A program made the position numbers and the translations under genes. Below, in pieces: positions 19,976-30,235 of a stretch of DNA of 64,000 bases. The notes under the pieces were generated by a model that searched no databases, was not told the DNA's origin, and saw only the letters and a program-made list of their open reading frames with translations. Position 1 is the stretch's first letter. Every line of letters begins with the position of its first letter. The DNA is from Armatimonadota bacterium (lineage in GTDB: Bacteria > Armatimonadota > Fimbriimonadia > Fimbriimonadales > GBS-DC). The stretch lies in the NCBI GenBank assembly GCA_037444405.1, contig JBBIML010000009.1, positions 128,001-192,000 on the forward strand. The letters run 5' to 3'.

Positions 19976-19976
19976 A

Positions 19977-21140
19977 TCAGCGCACGCCTAACAGCAGCTC
20001 CATCGTCAGCTGGTCTAGCTTCTCATACTTGTAGCCGCGCCGACCCAGCGCCTCGCGGTCAAACGGGTATGATTTGAGCCACTGGGCGTTCTCGCGCGAG
20101 TAGGTCATGCGCTCCTGCAGTTCCATGTCCCACTCGCGAATCTCCGCGAGCAGCCCCTGAATCTCGGGGTCCTGATTGAACCGCTCCGCTTTCTCCTTGA
20201 GGATGAGGTAGGTGCGCATACAGCCCTTCGCGAACTCCCACACGCCCTCCTCGTCTTCAGTGCGGTAGGCGTGCGCGTCGAAGTGGCGCGGACCGCTGTA
20301 GCCGTTGTCCTCCAGCAGCTTCACTAAGAAAAACGCGCCCTTGATGTCTTCTGCACCGAATCGGTAGTCCTGATCGTAGCGGCAGAACTTCTGGGCGTTC
20401 AGGTCGATGTGGAACAGCTTGTTGCATTCGATGGCTTGCGCGACGGCGTGGACGAAGTTCAGCCCGACCATGTTCTCGTGCGCCACTTCTGGGTTCACAC
20501 CGCACATGCTGGGGTCATCGAGCGTTTCGATGAACGCGAGCATGGCGCCGACGGTGGGCAGGAAGATGTCGCCACGCGGCTCGTTGGGTTTCGGCTCCAG
20601 CGCGAATCTGAGCCGATAGCCCTGGTCTTTGACATAGTGGATGAGGAAGTTCATGCATTCACGGTACCACTGCAGGGCTTGCACGGGGTCTTTGGCGGCG
20701 TCGGTCTCGGTGCCCTCGCGTCCGCCCCAGAACACATAGATTTCGGCGCCCAGCTCCACCGCCAGATCGATGGCGTGCATGCTCTTTTGCAGGGCGTAGG
20801 CGCGCACCTTCGGGTCGTTGCTGGTAAACGCGCCATCTTTGAACACGGGGTCATAGAAGAGATTGGTCGTGCCCATCACCAGGCGCATGTTGTAATCGTC
20901 GAGGGCTTTTTTGAACTCGCGCACGATGCGCTCGCGCTCGGCGGGTGTGGCGTCGATGGGCACCAGATCGTTATCGTGCAGGTTGACGCCCCATGCGCCC
21001 AGCTCGGAAAGTTTCTGCACGATGCGCACGGGCGGGATGGGCGGGCGCACAAAGTCGCCGAACGGATCGCGCCCGCGATTGCCAACCGTCCACAGCCCGA
21101 AAGTGAACCGATGCTCCGGTTTCGGTGTATAATCTGCCAT
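19977..21140 (-). CDS. xylA: Xylose isomerase (class I, Thermus/Streptomyces-type)
   Basis: [51 protein letters not shown]. Confidence 0.96.
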   Translation of the reverse strand: MADYTPKPEHRFTFGLWTVGNRGRDPFGDFVRPPIPPVRIVQKLSELGAWGVNLHDNDLVPIDATPAERERIVREFKKALDDYNMRLVMGTTNLFYDPVFKDGAFTSNDPKVRAYALQKSMHAIDLAVELGAEIYVFWGGREGTETDAAKDPVQALQWYRECMNFLIHYVKDQGYRLRFALEPKPNEPRGDIFLPTVGAMLAFIETLDDPSMCGVNPEVAHENMVGLNFVHAVAQAIECNKLFHIDLNAQKFCRYDQDYRFGAEDIKGAFFLVKLLEDNGYSGPRHFDAHAYRTEDEEGVWEFAKGCMRTYLILKEKAERFNQDPEIQGLLAEIREWDMELQERMTYSRENAQWLKSYPFDREALGRRGYKYEKLDQLTMELLLGVR

Positions 21141-21166
21141 GATGGGAACACCTCCCGACATGCTTT

Positions 21167-21192
21167 GTTCGATGGGGGGATGCACTTTCCTG
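21167..21192 (-). promoter_or_regulatory. SigH-like promoter motif upstream of xylA
   Basis: CAGGA-N15-TCGAAC. Confidence 0.6.
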
Positions 21193-21244
21193 CAGGGAAC
21201 CTGCCTCGGAGGCTGTTCGTTCCCAACCTGTCGAGGTGATAAGA

Positions 21245-23788
21245 ATGCACTGGCGAACGGAATGGCGGAGAGCAGTCGCCTGCTGGTATGCCGGGATCGG
21301 GCTTCTGAGTCTGTTCAGCCTGGCTCCGGCGCAGTTTGTATGGCTTCAGCACGCGCCGACCTTCACCGATGACCTGTATGGGGTGGCATTTCCGACACCG
21401 ACGCACGGCTTTGTGGTCGGCACGCGCGCCCTGCTGAAAGAGACGCGGGATGGTGGTCAGAGCTGGCGCTATCGCAGTGGCGTCGGTGCCACCACGCCCA
21501 GCGTGGACCCCTTCTACGCCGTTCTCTTTTATGGCTCGCAAAACGGGTGGATCACAGGCAATAACAACTACGCTTTTCGGACCACCGACGAGGGCGCCAC
21601 ATGGACTCGCATGACCAGTGTGCCCGCTGGCTCGTGGGGGCACATCGATTTCGTTTCGCCCAGCACGGGCTTTATCGGTGCGAACGGCGCCTGCGCCTTC
21701 ACCAGCGATGGCGGTCAAAACTGGCAGTTGCGCTCCGGCTATCCCGACTGCCCGATTATGTACGGCATGGATTTTCGGGATGTGAATCTGGGGCTGGTAG
21801 CGGGCGACCACCTTTCACAGGGCACGGGCATCTACCGCACGACCGATGGCGGGCGTACATGGAGCCGACGGCTGACGGGCATTTTCAACGATGTGGTCTT
21901 TATGGACACCAGCACTGCGCTGGCAACCACCAACACAGGGGCGATTTACCGCTCCACCGACGCGGGCAACAACTGGACGCAGATCGCTCCCGACCGCCCT
22001 AACGGGCTGCTGGATCTCGAACGGGTGGATAGCACCACCGTTGTGGGCGTGTCGGCGTTTGGCGATATCTGGCGCAGCGCGGACGGCGGATTCACATGGA
22101 GCAGGGTTGGGGATGACCTGGGCGATTTGCCTGGCAGGTGGCGCGTCCGTTTCCGCGACGCGCAGAACGGCTGGGTGGTGGGCCCCAAAGGGATGATGCT
22201 CGCGTCTACTGATGGCGGTCTCACCTGGCGCGTGGCAGGCAACGGCATCGCGGACAATATTACCGACATTAAGATGGTCTCCCGCGCTTTCGGTTATGCC
22301 GTCACGCGCAACGCCTATGTGCTGCGCACGCGCGATGGCGGAGCGCACTGGGATTTGCGCCACCTGAAGGTCACAGGCAATGTGTTTGGACATGCTGAAG
22401 GCTTGCAGGCGATCGATGTGGTCGATGACCAGTTCGCGGTTGCAGCGGGCCTGGGCGGGATCGTGTTCAAAACAACCGATGGCGGCGAGACATGGCAGCC
22501 AATCGGCTATCCCACGCTCCCTGGACTTTTTGACATCTACGATGTGCGCTTCACCAGCCGCCAGACAGGATGGGTCGTGGGGCTGGATAACGATCTGGGG
22601 CACTATCGTACCATCTATCGCACGACGGATGGCGGTCTAACCTGGCAACTGGTTGTGCCTGTGCAGGCAGCGGTTCAATACAACGCGGTCGATTTCGTGG
22701 GCAACAGCGGCTGGATTGTTGGACCGCGCTCTTACATGCTGCGCACGACGGATGGGGGCAACACATGGCAGCAGGTGAACCTGCCTTACGGCAATGAAAC
22801 CAATCTGCAATTCACCGATGTGGGCTTTGCAAATGAGCAGGTGGGCTGGATGATTGGCACGGTGGGCTATGTGTTGCGCTCCACCGATGGCGGTCAGAGC
22901 TGGGTGCGCCAGAACCTCGGCACCAGTGAAGATTTAGCTGCGCTCTATGTAGTGAGCGCGAGCGAGGCGTGGATTGCGGGCGCACTCGGCAGTATATTCC
23001 ACACCACCGACGGCGGTCAGAGCTGGCTCCGTGAGCCGACGGGCTACCCCTCCTCGCTGGGGCTGAGCGCATTGCACGGCACACCCGACGGGCATCTGGT
23101 TGGCGGCGGCTATGCAGGCTTTCTGATAACGCGCCATCACGGTGAGCGGGTGACGGCGACCAGCTTCTCGGTGCCGTTCGGGCGAATGACGGCGGGCAAT
23201 CTGGCTGCTCTGCAAAACAGCGACGAGACCTACCTGATGCTGGAGAGCCGCACGCCTGGTCAGTCAGGGGATCCCCATGCGCAGCTCGTCGTCGAAGGCA
23301 CAGCCAGCCTGCGCCCCTGGTCGCTGCTCGCCTTTCGCTTCGAAGGGCGCACGAACGCCAGCCCCGCAACGGGCGTCAAGCAGGTGCTGGAACTGTTCAA
23401 CTTCGCGACCAACCAGTGGGAGTTTCAGGAAGAGCGATTGGCGGACAACTCGCTCGATGCCGTCTGGGAGACCATGCTCACGGAGCCGTCCCCCTACATT
23501 CAGGCGGGCACAGGGCGCGTGCGCGCTCGAATCAGCTGGTACAAGGTGGGCAATCTGAGCGCGGAGCCGTGGGTGATATGGGTCGACTATGTGCAGTGGA
23601 GCCTGTTGCCGACCGCGATTACGGGCGATGTGAATGGCGACGGCTGCGTGGACGACGCTGACCTGCTCGCGGTGCTGTTCGCGTTCGGGCAATCAGGTTC
23701 AGGCTTGCCCGAAGATGTGAACGGCGACGGTGTGGTGGACGACGCCGATTTGCTCACGGTGCTGTTCAACTTCGGGCAGGGCTGCTAA
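21245..23788 (+). CDS. Secreted YCF48/BNR (Asp-box) beta-propeller protein with C-terminal GC-ending dockerin-like domain
   Basis: More than ten (T/S)xDGGx(T/S)W-type repeats, a ~140-aa beta domain, then [15 protein letters not shown]...FNFGQGC. Confidence 0.9.
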   Translation: MHWRTEWRRAVACWYAGIGLLSLFSLAPAQFVWLQHAPTFTDDLYGVAFPTPTHGFVVGTRALLKETRDGGQSWRYRSGVGATTPSVDPFYAVLFYGSQNGWITGNNNYAFRTTDEGATWTRMTSVPAGSWGHIDFVSPSTGFIGANGACAFTSDGGQNWQLRSGYPDCPIMYGMDFRDVNLGLVAGDHLSQGTGIYRTTDGGRTWSRRLTGIFNDVVFMDTSTALATTNTGAIYRSTDAGNNWTQIAPDRPNGLLDLERVDSTTVVGVSAFGDIWRSADGGFTWSRVGDDLGDLPGRWRVRFRDAQNGWVVGPKGMMLASTDGGLTWRVAGNGIADNITDIKMVSRAFGYAVTRNAYVLRTRDGGAHWDLRHLKVTGNVFGHAEGLQAIDVVDDQFAVAAGLGGIVFKTTDGGETWQPIGYPTLPGLFDIYDVRFTSRQTGWVVGLDNDLGHYRTIYRTTDGGLTWQLVVPVQAAVQYNAVDFVGNSGWIVGPRSYMLRTTDGGNTWQQVNLPYGNETNLQFTDVGFANEQVGWMIGTVGYVLRSTDGGQSWVRQNLGTSEDLAALYVVSASEAWIAGALGSIFHTTDGGQSWLREPTGYPSSLGLSALHGTPDGHLVGGGYAGFLITRHHGERVTATSFSVPFGRMTAGNLAALQNSDETYLMLESRTPGQSGDPHAQLVVEGTASLRPWSLLAFRFEGRTNASPATGVKQVLELFNFATNQWEFQEERLADNSLDAVWETMLTEPSPYIQAGTGRVRARISWYKVGNLSAEPWVIWVDYVQWSLLPTAITGDVNGDGCVDDADLLAVLFAFGQSGSGLPEDVNGDGVVDDADLLTVLFNFGQGC

Positions 23789-23796
23789 ATCGCGCC

Positions 23797-25572
23797 TTAT
23801 GGTTTCGGCAGTCCGAGCGCGGTGAGCCACTCGGTGAGCTTGTGGCGGCGCAGGGCGTTATCTGCGGGCAGCTGGAGCGGTCGCCCGCGCGCGTCGACGA
23901 TGATGCCCACCACGCCACCTTCCAGCACCACCTGTCGGGCGCGCCCTCTGCCCGCGCCGACATCGAAGCCCCGCGCCGGCTTCAGCACCGCCTCCAGCGT
24001 CTCGCCCACGCCCATCGGCAGCACGCGAATCTCGCCCACCTTGAAGGTCTCGCTCTTGCCGTTGTATTCGATGGTGAGGCACGGCTCGCCCTCCCTGCCC
24101 TGACCGACGGGCGCGACGCACGAACCCAGCCGAATGAGGCAGTCGCGGTCGAACACCTGCGCCGCCGCCTCCGGATGCACCGTCGACAGCACGCCCAGCT
24201 GCGGCATCATGAAGATGGAGTCGACCGCCAGCATCGTGACGCCTTCGGGCTGATAGGCGTCCATCATCATCAGCGCTGATTGTGCGCGGCGCGGGGCATG
24301 GCTCAGCACGCCGCCGCTGCCCACAATCATATCGAGGTGCATCATGTCCACCAGCGTCTGACCCGTTTCGGTCTGCTCCAGCGCCTCGCCAATCGTGCGC
24401 TGTTGCTGAACGCCTTTCAGCCCGCGAGCGAGCTGCTTGTGATGCAGGAACGCCAGGCGCAGCGCCTCCCGCGCCACCGCCTGCTCCAGCAGCAGGTCAT
24501 GATAGGTCTGCGGGATGGTGGTGGGGCGAATCATCTTGTTGCGCAGGCGGTTGCGAATCTCGTAGTCGTCCAGTTCGAAGGGCAGCCAGCGGCGGATGTT
24601 CGCCAGCCCCGCCTCCAGCATCACATTGCAGATGGAGTAGCTCATGCCGAGATTCGCGCTCACCGTGCGCGTGTAGTTGCCGTTGAACACCGAGAACACA
24701 TCGGTCGTCGCGCCGCCGATGTCCACGCCCAGAATGTTGATACCGCGCTGCTCGGCAATCGTCACCATAATCTTGCCGACGGCGTTCGGCGTGGACATAA
24801 TATCGGCGGAGGTCCAGCTCATCAGCTTGGAGTAGCCGGGCGCCTGCTGCATCACATGCTCCAGAAACAGCTCATGGATGGCTTCGCGGGCGGGACCGAG
24901 GTTCTCGCGGTCGAGCGTCGGGCGCAGGTTGTCCACGATGCGCAGGTCGAACCGCTCGCCGAGGATGCGCTGAATCTCGTCGCGGGCGTCCCTGTTGCCT
25001 GCGAAGATGACGGGCAGTTTCATGGTGCCGAAGCGCGGGCGCGGGTCGGCAGCAATCAGCAGTTCCGCCAGCTCCACCAGGTGCGTCACGGTGCCGCCGT
25101 CTGTGCCGCCCGACAGCAGCACAATATCGGGGCGCAACTCGCGCAGGCGCTGAATCTTCTGATAATCTTTGCGTCCGTCATCGATAGCAATGACATCCAT
25201 GATGATGGCGCCGGCGCCGAGTGCGGCACGCTGCGCGCTCTCGGCGGACATCTGGCGCACCACGCCCATCACCATCATCTGCAGCCCGCCACCCGCGCTG
25301 GAGGTCGACAGATAGAGATCAACGCCCTCCTTCTCGTTGCGCTGCGGGGTCAGGATCGTGCCGTTTTCGATGAGCTTGCGCCCCGTGAGATCTTCCACCT
25401 CGCGGGTGGCGTTCAGCACGCCAATCGTCACATCATCGAACGGCGCTTCGACGGTGGTGGGCGCCTCGCCGCGCGTCACCAGCCGGTACTCACCGTCCCG
25501 CCGCTCAATCAGTATCGCTTTGGTTGTCGTGCTGCCGCAGTCCGTCGCTAGAATCGAACGCACCTGTGTCAT
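23797..25572 (-). CDS. glmL: Glutamate mutase L (GlmL/MutL-type, actin-like ATPase) family protein
   Basis: TDCGSTTTK, TSSAGGGL, LSGGTDGG, VDIGGATTDVFS, VGSGGVLSHAP. Confidence 0.85.
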   Translation of the reverse strand: MTQVRSILATDCGSTTTKAILIERRDGEYRLVTRGEAPTTVEAPFDDVTIGVLNATREVEDLTGRKLIENGTILTPQRNEKEGVDLYLSTSSAGGGLQMMVMGVVRQMSAESAQRAALGAGAIIMDVIAIDDGRKDYQKIQRLRELRPDIVLLSGGTDGGTVTHLVELAELLIAADPRPRFGTMKLPVIFAGNRDARDEIQRILGERFDLRIVDNLRPTLDRENLGPAREAIHELFLEHVMQQAPGYSKLMSWTSADIMSTPNAVGKIMVTIAEQRGINILGVDIGGATTDVFSVFNGNYTRTVSANLGMSYSICNVMLEAGLANIRRWLPFELDDYEIRNRLRNKMIRPTTIPQTYHDLLLEQAVAREALRLAFLHHKQLARGLKGVQQQRTIGEALEQTETGQTLVDMMHLDMIVGSGGVLSHAPRRAQSALMMMDAYQPEGVTMLAVDSIFMMPQLGVLSTVHPEAAAQVFDRDCLIRLGSCVAPVGQGREGEPCLTIEYNGKSETFKVGEIRVLPMGVGETLEAVLKPARGFDVGAGRGRARQVVLEGGVVGIIVDARGRPLQLPADNALRRHKLTEWLTALGLPKP

Positions 25573-25591
25573 CGCTGCTCTCCCGATTCTT

Positions 25592-26602
25592 CTATTGTAC
25601 CTCGCGCGGCTCGATAATCAGCACGGGCTTGAAGACGGCGCGGGTCTCGGCGGCGTGAAAGGCGTCGTCCGCCTCCTCGAAGGCGTACAGGTGGGTCAGC
25701 GGGCGCAGCTGCAGGGCGTTTGAGGCGACCAGGCGCAGGCTCTGCTCCCACGCATGGTTGCTGGAGCGCGAGCCGATAACGGTCAGCTCTTTGAGCGTGA
25801 TGGCGTACCAGTCCAGCGGCACGGGTTCGGGTCGATAGCCGAAGACCACGATACGCCCCGCTTTGCGCGCGATTCGGACGCAGGTATCGGGCGCGTCGGG
25901 TGAGCCAGCCGCGTCGAGGACCACCGTCGCTTCGGGCAGCGGCTCGCTGGTGGGGTCTATTGTTTCCGCCCCGCTCAGCTGATGGGCGACCTCCCGCCGC
26001 TGGGGTAGCGGGTCAAGCCCGAAAAGTTGCTGCACGCCCCACAGGCGGGCGAGCTGGAGGAACACCTGCCCGAAGAAGCCCAGCCCGACGACGGCAAGGC
26101 TCTCATCGGGGCGCGGGTTCGCCAGATTCATCGCCGCGACACAGGTCGCCACCGGCTCAACCAGCGCGAACCGCCAGCGCTCGTCGGGCGAGATCCCCTC
26201 AGGCAGGCGGTAGAGGTTGCGCAGGGGCACGCGCAGGTACTCCGCGAAGCCGCCATCGACGCTGATGCCGATATGCTCCAGCCGCTCGCACAGGTTCAGC
26301 CGACCCCGACGGCAGAAGAAGCAGCCGCCGCACACAATCTGGGGATCGACCACCGCCCATTCGCCCGCGCGATGGGCAGGCTGGACAATCTCGCCGACAA
26401 TCTCGTGCCCCAATGTGAGCGCGTCGCCGCGCCAGTCGTGATGCCCGCGCTGTTTGAGATGGAGGTCAGTGCCGCACATGCCACAGGCATGCACGCGCAA
26501 CAGAGCTTCGCCCTCATCTGGCACGGGCAATTTGATCACCTGCATGCGCATCGTGCCGGGCGCAACGAGCCGATAGGCGCGCATGGTCGCTTCGCGCTTC
26601 AT
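25592..26602 (-). CDS. Zinc-binding medium-chain alcohol/sugar dehydrogenase
   Basis: CGMCGTD, LGHE, CGGCFFCRRGRLNLC, GLGFFG. Confidence 0.9.
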   Translation of the reverse strand: MKREATMRAYRLVAPGTMRMQVIKLPVPDEGEALLRVHACGMCGTDLHLKQRGHHDWRGDALTLGHEIVGEIVQPAHRAGEWAVVDPQIVCGGCFFCRRGRLNLCERLEHIGISVDGGFAEYLRVPLRNLYRLPEGISPDERWRFALVEPVATCVAAMNLANPRPDESLAVVGLGFFGQVFLQLARLWGVQQLFGLDPLPQRREVAHQLSGAETIDPTSEPLPEATVVLDAAGSPDAPDTCVRIARKAGRIVVFGYRPEPVPLDWYAITLKELTVIGSRSSNHAWEQSLRLVASNALQLRPLTHLYAFEEADDAFHAAETRAVFKPVLIIEPREVQ

Positions 26603-28482
26603 GGCAGGGCGAACCGAAGCACCTCCTCCCGTGTCAGCGGCTGATCCAATCCCGATGGATAGACCTCGAAAACGAACCTGCAGCCGCCAGCTGTGGGAAT
26701 CTTGACCCCGTTCACCACAGGCTCCTTGAAAAAGTAGATGGCGGACGCGAAGCCGCTCCGCTCCTGCTTAAGCGTCCGAACCGCGAGGGGTAGAGCGGTC
26801 GGCTCCAGCTGGAAGGCGACCGATTGCGGTTCACCAGTGAACCCTGTCCTGGAGGCGATGAAACCCATCTGGGCAGGAGTAAGCAGGGACTGCTCCAGAC
26901 GCCGATACCGCTGGAGCGTGGCTCTTTGGGCAGGGGTCAGCGAGGCATAGAAGCGCAGCAGCTGGCGGATTGACCGACTTTTCAGCTCTGTTAGCGAATC
27001 GCCGAGCGCGTCGGTGAACAAGTGCTCGAAGTAGCCATACAGGTCTGTTATATCTACGCGATTAAGACGGGCGGCGAAAGTGGTGCGCCAGCACTCGCGC
27101 AACTGATCCAGACCGCGTATCTGCAGCGAGTTGAGCTCCATCGCCAGCTTCGACGCCGCCGAAAGGGAGAGAAGATAAGGGGTGTTCAACAGATTAAGAG
27201 TTGCCTCGTTCACATCCATCGCGCGTACGAAGGCAGGGCGTGCAAAGCGCAGCAATCGCCACGAGCCATCTATTTCCACCTTATAAATCTGCTCAGCAAC
27301 ATTAAGCAGCGCTTCCCACGAAGAGAGACTATTACTAGAGGCAAACAGTCCAAACCATGGCGCGTTCCATTCCGCGACCAGGTTCAAATCGCTCACTTCG
27401 GCGTATCGAACCAGCAGTTCGGCGGGTAAATGCACCCAGTGAGCCAGTCGCTCAAAATCGGGCGGTTGGAGAGGCGCCTTCGGGCGCTTCAACAGGGCAG
27501 GATTGAATGTACGAACCGCATGAGCGCGCATGAACTGCTCCACAAGGCTTTGCGGATTAAGCGGATCGATCGGTGGACCACCCATAGCAAGCTCGATGCG
27601 ACCTGTCTCCTGCCCGTCTCGCTGTTGAATCGCCTTGACGTGCAGAGTTAGCTGGTCTCCCACCTGGAGCATGAGATGCTGTTCACTAATCTCGAGCCCT
27701 GCACTCTGATACAGCTCCTTTTCTCTGGCGATGAGGTGCTGATAGCCGTCTGGCAGATAGGACAGCGGGAGTTCGAGGGAGCGTTTCTGGCGCAGGGTCT
27801 GCCACTGCTCGCTATCAAGCGCACGCAGAACATGCAGAAGCTCATAGTTGCGCACAATCTGCTGGGCTACATCGATCAGGGTGGACTGATAAAGCGCCCG
27901 CAGGTTGCCCGTTTGTGGGGGTGTGGTCGGCTTCAGCAACGCCTTTAAGCGCGGGTCTGCGGCGCTATCGGGATTCTGAATTATTCGCTGATGCGCCTCG
28001 CGTGAGAGTGTAAACGCCGCGGGCGGAACCAAGGCAAGCGCTTCCTGAATCAGGTCAACTGGTTCCTTCTCTTCCAGCAGACGAACAAAGCGGGTCAACT
28101 GCTCCCGTTCGGTGCGCGCTCTGGCAGGCTCCGCTAAGAGATAGTACATTCTGCCATCCTGCCGCTTGCCCCGCGTCCATTCAAAGCCGAGCGTGGTTGC
28201 CAGATGGCTGAGCAGCTCATGAAGCGGCTGTTCGCGCACGAAAAGGCATACGCGGAACTGCCCGGCGGTCGTGCCTGCGCGAAGATCAAGCCCTGTTTCC
28301 CGCGAAAGCTGGCGCATAAGCGATTGCAGCGTGATTGCGGGTTCACGCAGGCTCACTTTTTGAAGCAGTCGCGGCTCGCGGTCGGGATCCAGCGCATTCT
28401 GCCCCGATGTCTGTCCAATAAGCGCCGCACAGATGAGCGATAGCCCCATTATCCAGACGGTGCGCCCCGCTTTCCCTGCCAT
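26599..28482 (-). CDS. Hypothetical secreted protein with secretin/STN-like N-terminal segment
   Basis: Signal peptide, EPRLLQKVSL...LMRQLSRETGLDL...LFVREQPLHELLSHLA; lower GC than flanks. Confidence 0.65.
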   Translation of the reverse strand: MAGKAGRTVWIMGLSLICAALIGQTSGQNALDPDREPRLLQKVSLREPAITLQSLMRQLSRETGLDLRAGTTAGQFRVCLFVREQPLHELLSHLATTLGFEWTRGKRQDGRMYYLLAEPARARTEREQLTRFVRLLEEKEPVDLIQEALALVPPAAFTLSREAHQRIIQNPDSAADPRLKALLKPTTPPQTGNLRALYQSTLIDVAQQIVRNYELLHVLRALDSEQWQTLRQKRSLELPLSYLPDGYQHLIAREKELYQSAGLEISEQHLMLQVGDQLTLHVKAIQQRDGQETGRIELAMGGPPIDPLNPQSLVEQFMRAHAVRTFNPALLKRPKAPLQPPDFERLAHWVHLPAELLVRYAEVSDLNLVAEWNAPWFGLFASSNSLSSWEALLNVAEQIYKVEIDGSWRLLRFARPAFVRAMDVNEATLNLLNTPYLLSLSAASKLAMELNSLQIRGLDQLRECWRTTFAARLNRVDITDLYGYFEHLFTDALGDSLTELKSRSIRQLLRFYASLTPAQRATLQRYRRLEQSLLTPAQMGFIASRTGFTGEPQSVAFQLEPTALPLAVRTLKQERSGFASAIYFFKEPVVNGVKIPTAGGCRFVFEVYPSGLDQPLTREEVLRFALP

Positions 28483-28550
28483 GACGCTCCACCTGCCCGA
28501 TTATACCCCGTTCCGCTGTCATCATCCCCGACAGCAGCGCCCTTACCCAA

Positions 28551-28571
28551 CCAGCCCGATTAGCGGGCTGG
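28551..28571. terminator. Hairpin downstream of the AAA ATPase gene
   Basis: CCAGCCCG-ATTAG-CGGGCTGG perfect 8-bp stem, no clear U-tract. Confidence 0.4.
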
Positions 28572-28596
28572 CGTCAGCAGCGACGGTCAGCGGTCT

Positions 28597-30159
28597 TTAT
28601 TTATCATTTATCGCCGGATTACCCGACAACATATCGCTCAAGGGAGTGGTTCGTGCGCGGGATCGCTCGCCGTTGCTGGCGGGGCGGGCGCGGAGCTGTG
28701 CCCATGTGCGCAGCTCGTCGATCTCCTCGCGCATCATCACCGACAGTGGGATGGTGGCGCGAATCTCGCTCAGTAAATCGTCCATCGTGAGGTCGCGCCC
28801 CGCATCGAAGGCGGTGAACAGCGCGCCGATAATCACCTGCTCGATTTCCGCGCCTGAAAAGCCTTCGGTCGCCTTCGCCAGCTTCTTGAGATTGAACCGG
28901 GCAGGGTCGCGATTCCGCTTGCGCAGGTGGATCGCGAAAATCTGCTCGCGCTCCGACGGCGTGGGCAAATCTAAAAAGAAAATCTCATCAAAGCGCCCTT
29001 TACGCAGCAGTTCAGGTGGCAACAGGGCGACATCGTTGGCGGTGGCGACCACGAACACGGGCGCCTTCTTCTCCTGCAGCCAGGTGAGGAAGGTGGCGAA
29101 CACGCGCGCGGTGGTGCCCGCGTCCGACATGCCGGAACTCTGCACGCCCGAAAAGCCCTTTTCCAGCTCGTCGATCCAGAGGATGCAGGGCGCGACGGCT
29201 TCGGCAGTGCGGATGGCGAGCCGGATGTTGGCTTCCGATGCGCCCACGAGGCTGCCGAACACGCGCCCGACATCGAGGCGGAGCATGGGCAGCCCCCAGA
29301 GGTTGGCGATGGCTTTGGCGGTGAGGCTCTTGCCACAGCCCTGCACGCCGAGCAGCAGCACGCCTTTGGGCGTGGGCAGTCCGAACGCGCGTGCCTGCTC
29401 CGAGAATGCCGCCCGCCGCTTGCGCAGCCACTCCTTGAGAACATTCAGCCCGCCGACATCCTCCATGCGCTCCTGCGCCGCATAATACTCCAGCACGCCC
29501 GACTTCCGCACTATCTGCTGCTTCTCGGTCAGAATCACCTCTGCTTTAAGCTGGCGGTGTTCAATAACGGAGCGGGCGCACACATTTTCGATCTCCTCCA
29601 TCGTCAGCCCCTGCGCCGCCTGCACCAGCTCTTCGAACTCGTCGGGTGGCACATCGGTGGCGACGCCCGGCTTATCGCGCAGCATGAGCAAAATCTCGCG
29701 CAACTTGTGGGCAATCTCCTCGCGCGTGGGCAACGGCATCTCCAGCACGGTGAGCTCTTTTTCCAGTTCAGGGGGCAGTTTCAGAAGGGGACTCAGCAGG
29801 ATCAGCGTGCGCCCCGATGAGTGCAATCGCGGCACCAGATCACGCAGCAGCCGAATCACGCGCGAATCGTTCAGATAGGGATGGAAATCTTTGAGCAGCA
29901 GGATGGCATTTTCGGTGGGGCGGAACAGCTGAAGCAACGCTTCGATATCGGGCGAGACGCGCTCGTGTCGTTCGCCTTCTGCGGGCAGGGGCGGCTCGTA
30001 GCCGCGCGTGAGCGTCCACACATGCAGGCGCTTCTGCACGCGGTGCGCCACCAATCGCACCAGCTCTTCGGCGCGGCGCTCCTCCGCTGTGAGCAGGTAA
30101 ATCAGCGGGTAGCGGGCCCGAATCAGCACCTCCAGCTCGCGCTCGAAAGCGGTTTCCAT
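28597..30159 (-). CDS. Ycf46-like AAA+ ATPase
   Basis: IRARYPLIYL, LLKDFHPYL, GVQGCGKSL, LWIDELEKGF, LLRKGRFDEIFF. Confidence 0.9.
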   Translation of the reverse strand: METAFERELEVLIRARYPLIYLLTAEERRAEELVRLVAHRVQKRLHVWTLTRGYEPPLPAEGERHERVSPDIEALLQLFRPTENAILLLKDFHPYLNDSRVIRLLRDLVPRLHSSGRTLILLSPLLKLPPELEKELTVLEMPLPTREEIAHKLREILLMLRDKPGVATDVPPDEFEELVQAAQGLTMEEIENVCARSVIEHRQLKAEVILTEKQQIVRKSGVLEYYAAQERMEDVGGLNVLKEWLRKRRAAFSEQARAFGLPTPKGVLLLGVQGCGKSLTAKAIANLWGLPMLRLDVGRVFGSLVGASEANIRLAIRTAEAVAPCILWIDELEKGFSGVQSSGMSDAGTTARVFATFLTWLQEKKAPVFVVATANDVALLPPELLRKGRFDEIFFLDLPTPSEREQIFAIHLRKRNRDPARFNLKKLAKATEGFSGAEIEQVIIGALFTAFDAGRDLTMDDLLSEIRATIPLSVMMREEIDELRTWAQLRARPASNGERSRARTTPLSDMLSGNPAINDK

Positions 30160-30166
30160 CCGTCTG

Positions 30167-30192
30167 CAGGAGATTGTACCTGAAGGGCGAAC
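30167..30192 (+). promoter_or_regulatory. SigH-like promoter motif upstream of prmA
   Basis: CAGGA-N15-GCGAAC. Confidence 0.55.
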
Positions 30193-30235
30193 TGAACTTT
30201 TGGGATAGGGAGAGCTGACTCCTGTTGAGAAACCG

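Noticed and set aside
21195..21224. GGGAAC...GTTCCC hairpin between xylA and the BNR gene as a riboswitch or XylR operator
   Set aside because: Imperfect, with no recognisable riboswitch or operator consensus.
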